A stretch of 64,000 nucleotides of DNA. Origin: Selaginella moellendorffii (lineage: Eukaryota; Plantae; Lycopodiophyta). The position numbers were made by a program, and so were the translations under genes. The stretch covers positions 18,183 to 82,182 of the forward strand of contig NW_003314262.1 in NCBI RefSeq assembly GCF_000143415.4, written 5' to 3'. This document shows, piece after piece, positions 13,201 through 23,950 of this stretch; the stretch's first letter is position 1; the number at the start of each line of letters is the position of its first letter. The notes under the pieces are model-generated. The model did no database searches. It was not told the origin of the DNA and saw only the letters and a program-made list of their open reading frames with translations.

Positions 13201-14235
13201 GCTAGGTAGTGATCACAAGAGGCCAAAGACATACACACCACTGAAAATGTCTCCCAAAAGGACACAAACTGTTACCCTAATCCCTCTCTTTCTCCCCTTT
13301 TATTTCCCTTTTCTTCTGTTCTCCCAAAAGGACACAAAGTGTTACTTTAGTCCCTCTATTTCTCCTATTTTGCACCGTACATCATCAAGATCTCTCCATA
13401 TCACTCTTGAATTTGCTAAGCAAAATTTCAGTACCCTTAAAATGTAAATGTGGTCACAACCATTAAAAATATTTTAAACAGGTGGCTGCATTGTGACTGT
13501 CGATTTCAAGCACCACCACTCATATTATTCAAAGTTTTTGCAACAAAATATTCTCCTTTGACTGAAAAACTTAAAACTTACATATTGAAAATGCCAAAAA
13601 GAACCCCTACAATGCACATACATCTTTGGGTTAAGAGTGTCCAATTAGGAAAGGGGAAAAATGTTTTGCTTGAATTCATTTCCTGCAATGACTAAAAATA
13701 TCTATTTATCTATCTATCTCCATCTCTTATAAACACAACACCTTAAAGAGATCTTAATTTCAGAATTATATACCTGATCATATGCCATGAAGTGCCATAG
13801 TGAAAACCTATATTTTCTGAGTGCTCAAGACGATGCACTGACTTTGAAACAAGACCAATCAAGTCTGACAAGGTTCTTTAGTTATTTCACTAACCTGGAT
13901 AATTTGCATCAGAAATTTTCAAGACTGGATTTGACTATGTGCAAGCTTGTCGTGTTTGTGGGTGATCATGTACTGTGCTGATATAGATTTTGCTGTAACT
14001 TTGCAAAGCCATGATATTTGCGCAACCGTGCCAAGACCGCAAGTACAAATAAAACATATCTCAACATTCTGGCTTAAAACGAGGAAGCCATCCTTTGTGA
14101 ATTTTGCCACTTCTTCACCAGAGTATTGTCACTCTCCAGAAGAGAAGGCTGCTCCCAACGACACACACAGTCGAGAAGGTATTTTTGTAACGAATTCTCA
14201 TCACAGTAGACAAGAGCCACAAAGACGTCGTCGAG

Positions 14236-14369
14236 ACATGAATGAGCAATCAGAGAAGATCCAAAACGCTGTGCTAAAGACAATAGAGGAAGGGAAGTAC
14301 CTGACGGGCGATCTGGGAGGCAACGCTGGCACAACCGAGTACACGAATGCTGTTTGCGAGAAGCTATAG
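14236..14369 (+). pseudogene. Orphan C-terminal fragment of NAD-dependent isocitrate dehydrogenase
   Basis: MNEQSEKIQNAVLKTIEEGKYLTGDLGGNAGTTEYTNAVCEKL* matches the IDH3 C-terminus (TxDLGG). Upstream sequence is not IDH-like. Confidence 0.75.
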
Positions 14370-14899
14370 GAAGAGTGACGACGAAAGGGAAAACAAATCA
14401 AGGAAGCGAACGAAGGAACGAACCTGTGCGCGTTGCTCATTACGACGTTAGGCTCTCCGGTGGCTTCGTTTTCATCCTCTCGCCCAAGACAAGTTTTACA
14501 GTAAGATCGATTTCCAGGCTCGCGATGTCTCTATTGACAGAAGACCGTTTCTCTCTCTTTTTTTCTTCTTCTGATGACTCGAATGAATAAAACTGGTGAA
14601 GCAAAGTTTGCAGACAAATAAATTTTTACGAAAGAACTTCGAGAAGAAAATAGGAAATTCTTTGAGCTTAAGAAGATCGAAGGTAGAAAGAAATTTCTGC
14701 CCTGGATCGGAAAATCCGGTTGTTAGAAACAAAGATTTTACCTTTGGTGCATGCAATCCTCCGTGTGAGCCACAGGCTGCCAGCTGCTACGCCCATGCCA
14801 GCCCCAAATCCAAATAAAAAACCAATGGATCTCCTCTTCTTTCCCACACAGCTCCAATTCTCCATCTCCAGTCCATCAATCACAAGCTCTTCGATCGCC

Positions 14900-15250
14900 A
14901 TGGCCTCCAACTACAGCGATCTCGCCAAGTCCAGATCCAATGATTCCGGCATCACGCTCCAGCATCTCAAGCAGCGATCGCCCTCGGCACGCCGCGTTCT
15001 TGGCATCCTGGCGATCCTGGCGGTGGGAGCGATGGCGCTGGGGGGTGGCGCCGTGGCACTCTTGCTCATCTCGCCGATACTCCTCTTTTTTAGTCCTATC
15101 CTGGTGCCGCTGGCGGTCCTGGCGGCGATGGCGACGGGGGCGGCAGTGGCATTCATCGCTTTCGTGGCGGCCAGTACCTGGATCTATAGGTATGCCAGAG
15201 GCGGGCGGCCGGTTGGATCAAAGAGCCTGGATGCAGTGAAGACCCGCTGA
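14900..15250 (+). CDS. Oleosin (possibly C-terminally truncated)
   Basis: Long hydrophobic core with proline knot PILLFFSPILVP (PX5SPX3P), then WIYRYARGGRPVGS. ATG at 14900. Confidence 0.88.
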   Translation: MASNYSDLAKSRSNDSGITLQHLKQRSPSARRVLGILAILAVGAMALGGGAVALLLISPILLFFSPILVPLAVLAAMATGAAVAFIAFVAASTWIYRYARGGRPVGSKSLDAVKTR

Positions 15251-18200
15251 TGGAAAAGGCTTAGTGACAAGTACTCGTTCCCTTTAGCTCCCGCCCAATG
15301 TTTTAAAATAAAAGTTATAAATTATTTCTGGTTTGCTTAGGCACTAGGATAGTAGTGAATATACTTAGGATATATTTAAATGTTCTAGAATATTTTACCA
15401 TCTAACGGTTATTATTTATTTAGATTAATTTTTATTTATAATTTATAAACATGTTTTTAATTTAGAATTTTTTTTAGTATATTCTTCTTTATATCATTAG
15501 TTTATATGCAATAAGATTAATCTTGTGTTTATAAATTATAAACATGCTTATAAATATAAACTTTATTTGATCAATTAATAATACTACTATTAAGTATTAA
15601 GTGTTGTTACATGAAATGTGTAGTAACTTATTATTATTTGTTAATGGTAAAATTGAGATTTCATTAAAAAAATGTTTTGGCTAATGGATTTGAAAAATAA
15701 ATATGATATCAGGCATGGGTAATTGAGAAGAAAATTTTATAATTTTTTTTTCTAAAAGTGAGTTTTGTATAGTAATGAATATATGATTGTATACACATAA
15801 TTATTTTTTTGATTACTATATAAAAAATTGAAATATGATTATGTATATACTCAAAAAATATGACATCACCACAAATTTAGCAAAGGTTTTACACAAGTAT
15901 GCAACATAGGTTTTACACAAGCAAAATTCATAAGCAATCTGTGGAAAAATGGGATGAGAAGCACCACACCAAAATTAAGGTATTAAATAAGAGTTTTCTG
16001 TCTTGTCACAACATCACACATTACAATAGTGCTTAGTTAATGTTTTCTTGGTTATGGCTGCTAACTTCTGTTCTTTTAACAGACATACAAATGTTAATTT
16101 CTATATAAATTAGCCATAAGTATATATGTAACTTTGTTCCTTTTATCAATCTTCACTAAAGTGTTGTATGCAATTTTCCCAACCTACACATCTTTCTATT
16201 TCTTACACATGCTCAAAATGGTAGTTTAGGTTATACAAGTTGGCTCTAGAGACATAGATTTTAACACTATCATTGCATTATCCAAATGATTTTACTCATC
16301 CTAAAAGATCAATCACTCCATAATAGTACTCACATCCAAGATAAATTTTATATTTTATCTCCATTGCATACAAATACTCATTTCCTTGTTTCACAAGCCC
16401 AATGATTGAGAGAAATATAAAGCTATCAGAATGAAGACCAAGATCTTACATGCTGTGAAAGCTTTTAAACATGGAGGTAGTGTCTTCTTAGCCATTGTAT
16501 CCACTGTCCAGGCCACAAGATCTTTCAATGGCATCAAGTCAATAATCTATTGAGTTAAGACCACGCTTCCAACTTTGTAGTAAAAGTCCACTATGACTTG
16601 GATTCTCTCTAGTTCAGAGCAACAAATCTCTACGTAAGCTCTTCATCCCTATTGCTAGGCCCCAATACTGCTGCAAACTTTGAGTCCCCACTGTTGCTTT
16701 TGTTGCTTTGAGTTGCCTAACAGTGCAAAGCTATGCCTCACTCCAGTGCCACTAGTTTCACAAAACCTATATCTATCTCCTTGCTTTCTTCTTTAGTAGC
16801 AAAACTCAAGCATACATTGAGAGTAGTCATATAACTTTGTGAATTTAGTATATAACCTTTGGATTGCATGGCTTGAAGTAGTTCTAATGTTATATCATAT
16901 TACTCATCCTCAAGTGGATTTCTCGCATAACCCCAAGAACATAGAGATGGTGAGTTTAGCCCGTGGTATCCAAAATACTCTCAAAGATCTAACTTGCCCC
17001 ACTAGAAAATATCATGAATCTTGCTGATATATAAAAAAAAATTGATATAAAGTTGGAATTTACATAGCAGAAAAAATTGCATATGTCTGGACTTTTATAT
17101 GGTAAGCACTAAAGCATGCCCATGCATAAAAAAATTGTTATGTTCAAAATATTATTTTGTAAGTCATAAATATATATTACAACAATTTAAGCACATATAT
17201 GCCTTTTTTCATATATTTTGGAGGCTACCATAAGTTTTTGCATGGCTGCTTACCCCAGGTATACCTCCCCTCAGGAGGTGTACTTCCCCTCAAAGTATTT
17301 CTTTAGATGCTTGAGGCATCAAGCGCAATAGTTTTTTTGTGAGTAAATAGATCTTGTTATAGTTGTGATAGTTTCATAAATTTCTTGTGTTTTAATCATC
17401 TGAAAAGTGTTTTTCATTACTTTCACCAAGGAAATAGCCCCAAGCACACAATGATGATGAGTTTAGCTTGTGGTATCTAGAAGACACTCAAAATCCAACT
17501 AGTGTGTTCTATTTCCTTGTATGAATTAAAATACATTTTAAAATAATATTAATATTTATATAAATTAATATATATATATACAAAAGAGGTAATAAAAGAA
17601 ATAATAAACTAAATAAATCTATAAATATGTTCCTAGTTTGGATTAAGCTTTTCACCATAATTTTAGCTATGGAGAATGTGGAATTATTGGGCATAAAGAG
17701 TGAATGATAACTCTCAATTACAAAATTACAATCAAACAGTATGTAAGGTATGAACTAGTTTTAGGTATATCTTTTATTACTAAGTAACATGTCTTTCCAC
17801 AAATCTTTCTATGCAAGTTTATATATGCTACATAAATTAATGGCTAATGGGCTTCTCCCAAACATCAAGTTGCTTGTTGAGGAGATTGGAATCTCTTGGA
17901 TTTTTTAGTTAGGTTGCTTGCTAAGGAGATTGAAATTGATTAGTTTCTTTAGTTAGTGCCTCTTGTTCATAATGTAAAATCAGGCATAACTTCTGTACTT
18001 CACTGAAATAATATATTAAACAAATACCTTTTATTACCAAAACATACATTTATAAGTTATAGTGACTTTAATCTTTCTCAGGCACTCTAGACCAATAAGC
18101 CACTACTTTGATTGGTGTGGAGGGTAGGGAGGTTTGCCTCTGAGCAGCAAATTGAAACAGGGGGACCTTAATGTTTGGGTTTAGCTTTATAGGTTAATGA

Positions 18201-19069
18201 TCTTGGGAAAAAAACCAATTGCCCCTCTATAATTAATATATATACATATCCTATCCTATGGTTCATTGCCATAAAGGACCAAGAACAAAAGGATATAAAA
18301 CATGTAATAATAATATAAAACCATATTTGACTCTAATATCTAATATAATGTGAACTTCTTACTTGTTTATCTTATATTTGTTTATAAATATATAAAATGT
18401 AATGTCCAATAAACTAATCCTCCAAAAATTATGTATGTATAGAGGCTAAAACACTTCGTATAAAGAGATCAAGAACAATTAGCACCACTTACAGATCTAC
18501 TAATATCTCCTCCTAATGTTCCTCCAGATCTTGGCCCATCCACTAGAGAATCTTGACTATCTTTTATCATTCCGAGAAGAGGGGATGATATGAGGTCCAA
18601 GTGTACAAGTATGATGCCATATACTAATATTAGTGTAGTGAGATTGTTTTCAATTCAAACCACTCACTCATATATATTAGCTAGGGTTTTTGAGCTAATT
18701 AATATGTATATTTCTATATTCCATTTCCATATTCTATGCATTCATGCCAAACCTTATAAACTTGCGATCCAACTTGCCACAACACATGATATGGTCCCTT
18801 CCACTGAGTAAAAAGCTCTTTAGACAAACCATGTACTGTAAGATTAGGAAAATAGATTAATACTAAATCACTTATTTTGTACTCCATATGTGGATGACGA
18901 TGGGAGTTATAGCGTTGTTGTTGTCCCACTTGTATATGGCTCAAGTGTTTAGTAGATTGTGCTTAGATTAGTGGAAGAATGCTTGTCAAATATTAATCCC
19001 AAGATTTAACATCGACAACTCATGGCAATTACGAAGATAAACTCAATTCTATTAGTAGTATCAGATCAT

Positions 19070-20250
19070 TGTAAGGAACCAACTCGCCGAGGTGTCGTAG
19101 GTTAAAGGAACCCCGAAAGCATGACCAAAATGACAAAGAGTTCATCGAATGGGACCAAGTCGAAGATCGAGTCCAAGACCGACTCTAGGACCGAGTTCGA
19201 GATAGAGTCCGGAATCGAGTCCGAGACCGAATCGGGGACCGAGTTCGAGTTCGAGTTCGAGACCGAGTTCGAGACGGAGTCCGAGATCCGAAATCGGGTC
19301 CGAGACCGAGTCCGAGGTCAAGTCCGAGGTCAGGTCCGAGATCGGGTCCGAGGTCGGGTCCGAGATCGGGTCCGAGATCGAGTCCGAGATCGAGTCCGAG
19401 ACTGAATCCGAAGTCGGATCCGAAATCGGGTCCGAGATCGAGCTAGAGACTAAGTCCAAATACTAATACGGGTCAAGGGGTGAAAGCCCAAAGCGTGCGT
19501 CTCCCGGGGGGGGGGGGGGGGGGGGGCTGTAGGCGGTTCCAAAAGTATAGTAGGGATAGTGAGGTCCAGGAACCAGTTTTGAAGGGACTCTCCAGATGGG
19601 ATTCCAAACTGACTTGAGGTTGAGACTGGGACCGAGGGGCCTTGGGTGGGAGTGAGCATGGACTTGGTTGGTGCCAGAGGGGCCATCGAAGGAAGTGCTC
19701 AAGAGCAGCTCCCACTCCTGAAAGGGAAACCGATTGCGGTGCTCCCAGCTCATGTGGAGTGGTGCCCCACTTGAGTACCATGCGGCTCATTGGTCCTCGC
19801 CCTTCCTAGGGGCTTGGGCCTTCCTTCGGGATGGAAGTGGGGGGGTAGAGGTACCCATACCGGGCCGCTAGGCCACGGTGTTTCGCCCCGGCGTCCCGAA
19901 GCAAGTGTTGCACTCAAGACTTGGGATTTAGAGGGTCTTATGATCAAGTCTTGTGGTACCAAGGAATGTTAGGAACCTGGAAGCTTGGTGTGCTTGGCTG
20001 CTTGTGCTTGCGGGGAGTGTAGCCGAACCTTAAGTCCAGTCTAACCCGGAGAGGGGGATTGGGAGTGATTTGGGAATCCGTGGATGGATGGCTAACACTC
20101 CGTTGCTCATGCAGTGAGTAGCTGAAACCAAGTAGGTGCTGGTACCATAGGCGAGAACCTTGGCAAGGGAACTTAGCAAAAGCCAAGACAGTGTTGGACG
20201 GATAATCGAGGTAAGTTGGCAAATTGGAAAGGAAAAATTTGTGGCTTACA
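19070..20250 (+). repeat. Element A 5' LTR (contains a hexamer array at about 19150-19450 and a poly-G tract)
   Basis: Direct repeat of 32829-33965 with TG...CA ends. Confidence 0.97.
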
Positions 20251-20309
20251 ATTTGGTATCGGAGCCTTTTCCTCAGTTCTAGTGAAGGATAGAGGCGGAT
20301 TGCTGGGAG

Positions 20310-23300
20310 ATGGCAAGGGCAGGGCATAAGCGAACCCAGGCGGAGACGGAACCTCCACCAGAGCTGGAGCCTCCGGTTGAACAAGAGGCTATGGATGAGG
20401 AATCCTTGCATGAGGAGGACTCCAGTGAGGAAACTTCCAAACAGGAGTCCTGTGGCGAGGTTCGGTCGTCCAAGGCTCGATTGGACGTGCTAGAAGGACA
20501 GTTGGCACAGACCAATGCCCTGCTGGAGACTCTCGTACGCAAGTTAAAGCGTGACGAGAAGCGGAAGAAAAAGCGAAAGACTGCGGATGCTGGCAGCGCA
20601 GAAGGTGCGGACCCTTTGGCAGGGATTGAGGCAAAACCAGACAAGGTCGAACAGACCGAAGTGGAATCAGTCCCTCAGGCAGTTCCCAAGTATAAACCAA
20701 AGCCCCCACCGGTGTTCAAGGGAGTGAACGACTATAAGGTTGTGGAGGATTGGTTTTACGATATGGAGGACTACTTCCGAGTGTGGCGGTTACCGAGCTC
20801 GGAGAAGGTCCCATGTGCAAAACCATACTTGGCAGATAATGCCAAGTCTTGGTGGAGAACAACGGAGGCCAACGAAGGACCGGTGGCCACCTGGGACATG
20901 ATGAAGGCGAGGATCCGCGCAACATACGTTCCTCTGAATGCCACTCTACATCTGAGAGATGAGCTGAGTAGGCTGAAGCAGACTGGAACCATCCAGGAAT
21001 ATGTGATTGGGTTCATGGCAAAGAGGATACTTGTCACGGACATGGGGGATATGATGCGTTCCATGCCTTTATATCAGGTTTGCAAACCTGGGCTCGCGGT
21101 GAGGTGATGCGCTGGAACCCGACCAACTACAAGGAAGCGTTGGATGTGGCCATCAAGGTGCATTTCAACGATAACCTGCGAAAGGGGAACACGACGGGGT
21201 TAGGATTCACATTTAGCAAAGGGGCCAAACCAAGGGGAACATATAGCAGGGGGAAATTCAAGAAGAGTTTCTCTAAGAATGAGTCCTCGGGGTTCCGGAA
21301 AGGCAAATCCGGTGGCCAGCGAACGAGTACGTGGGGGAGTCAAGCGAAAAGAGACAAACCCACGGATAAGAAAGTCAAGTCATATAGCAGCGTGGGAAAC
21401 AACGTATGCTACAACTGCGGTGAAGCGGGACACTTTTCGAGGGAATGTCCCTACCCGAAGAAGGCCAGAGCCAATATGGCCATCAAGTCGGGTGAAGTCC
21501 AAACTGAGGTATGTGATCCAGTCCCTAACTCAAAGTTACTCATTACACGAGCAACTTTGGTAGAGAGTCGTTCGCGACATCTACTAGCCCTCCGAGGGAA
21601 GCTCGGAGGTAGCTTTGTTAAGATCCTTATTGACATGGGTGCTTCGGATAATTTTGTGGCTGCAGACATAGTCCGGCAAGTCGGACTAACGGTGCAGCGG
21701 CTAGGCAAACCAAGGACTATAGAGTTTGTTCAAGGTAGCCAAAGCACCGATGAGGTACTTCGACAAGCGAGAGTCGAAGTAGGGACTTGGAAAGTAGACA
21801 TGGACTTCACCGTGTTGGACATGGCGGGATTTGACGTGATCTTCGGAATGGATTGGTTCAATCGGTTCGTGGTAGCCCTACATGGACAAAGTAGGAACCT
21901 TGTGGTACTGGCGAATGCCCAAGGAAGAAGATCTAGGGTGGAGGCCCAGGATCTAAAGGTAGGGCAAAGCAAGGCCAAAGAATCCTGTTTAAACCTGGTG
22001 TCCACGAGAGGACAACTCACTAAAGGAACTAAGGCAGCCTTTTTGTGCTTACTCTCAGTGAAGAGTGACAAAAAGACAGGAACGAAAGAAGTACCTTTAG
22101 TGATCTAGCGGGTGTTGGAACAATTCCAGGATACCATGCCGGAGGAGCTACCGGCGGGGTTGCCCCCCGCACGACCGATAGAACATAAGATTGAGCTGGT
22201 CGAGGGCGCTGAGGCGGTGGTTCGTCCACCCTATCGTTTGAACGAAAAAGAACTCGTGGAGCTCAAGCGCCAACTAGAGGAGTTGGTGGACAAGAGGTAT
22301 GTTAGGTTGAGCAAATCGCCGTATGGGGCGCCAGTGCTATTTATGAAAAAGAAAGATGGGTCTATGTGCATGTGCATAGACTACCGGTTGCTCAACAAGT
22401 ATACAAAGAAGAACAAGTACCCTTTGCCAAGGATTGAGGACCTGTTCGATAGGTTGGGAAAGGCCAAATACTTCTCGAGAATTGACCTAAGGTCAGGATA
22501 CTACCAGATCAGGGTAGCGGAGGAAGATGTCGAGAAGACAACCTGTCGAACGAGGTATGGGAGCTTTGAGTTTCTGGTGATGCCCTTCGGACTATACAAT
22601 GCGCGGGCAACGTTTTCGGCGTTGATGAACCATATCTTTGTACCTTATCTGGATCACTTTGTGGTCGTCTATATTGACGACATCCTGATCTATAGCAAAA
22701 CGTGCCAAACACTTGACGAAGGTGTTTGAGAAACTAAGGGAACACCAGCTGTATGCTAAAGAGAGCAAATGTGACTTTGCTCAACAAGAGGTAAAGTTTC
22801 TCGGGCATGTGGTGGGCAAGGATGGGCTCAAGGTGGACCCTGAGAAGGTCCAAGCGATCCAGGATTGGGAGCGACCATCGAATGTACACGAGTTAAGGGC
22901 ATTCTTGGGGCTATGCAACTACTATCGAAAGTTTATCAGACACTATTCGAGAGTAGCCCTGCCCTTAACAGACCAAACGGGAAAAGGGAAAATAGTATGG
23001 ACAGCAGAATGTGAGGCGGCATTCGTCCACCTCAAAGGGAAGTTGAGGAAGGCCCCCGTGTTGGCATTACCAGACTTTGGTAAAGACTTTGAGGTAGAAA
23101 CAGATGCTTCAGACTTTGCGTTGGGCGCAGTTTTGAAGCAGGACAACCATCCAGTAGCATTCTTCTCGAAGAAGTTGGATAAGGCTCAACGGAAGTGGCC
23201 TGCCCATGAGAAGGAATTGTTTGCGGTGGTCAAGGCGCTCAAGGAGTGGCGACACTACCTTGGGAGACACTTCAAAGTTTACACGGACAATGTGGCAACG

Positions 23301-23950
23301 AAACACTTCTTGTCACAGCCCGACCTAAGGGGAAAACAAGGTCGGTGGGCCAATGCTTTGGCCGAGTTTGATTGCGAGATCCTGTACAAGCCTTGGAAGA
23401 GCAACATCGTGGCAGATGCGCTAAGTCGAAAAGCGAGCTTGAAGTTGGCGATATCTAGCGCGACAGCAACCTTTTGGGATGATGTGTGGACCGCATACGA
23501 GAGCGATGGTCTAGCACAAGAAGTGTTGCTGAGGAATCTAGAGGCGCGGGAAGCTCACCAGAGAGGTGAGCTGCCAACGGAAGAGAAAACGGGCTATGCG
23601 GAACGCAACGGACTCATATATTACAAGCAAACGAGGGTGTATGTTTCAGAAGGGGAACTAAGGAAGGTAGCCTTGGAAGAGTGTCATGACGGACCTCTCA
23701 CGAGACATGGCGAAGTGCCCAAGACGATGGGCTTACTCAAAAGGAAGTATCACTGGCCAGATATGGCTAAGGACGTCCAAGACTATGTAAAGACATGTCC
23801 AACATGTCAGCAAGTCAAAGCCATGACGAAGGCTAGTGGGGGCTTGTTGCAAAGCATTCCCATTCCAGATCGTCCGTGGAAATGTCTCACGATAGACTTC
23901 ATCACGGGACTACCCCCAAGCGAGGGGTTCGATGCGATATTCGTGGTGGT
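20310..23950 (+). pseudogene. Element A gag-pol, part 1 (gag, zinc knuckle, protease, RT, RNase H, integrase N-terminus)
   Basis: Motifs CYNCGEAGHFSREC, LIDMGAS, YIDD, TDASDFALG, HD..HG..CPTC. Lesions: frameshift at about 21050, TAG at 22106, deletion at about 22702. Confidence 0.93.

Noticed and set aside
17258-17325. Hairpins as a Helitron 3' end
   Set aside because: No CTRR terminus at the expected distance.
21040-21060. Programmed frameshift in element A gag
   Set aside because: It lies mid-gag with no slippery heptamer; a 1-nt deletion relative to B gag explains it.
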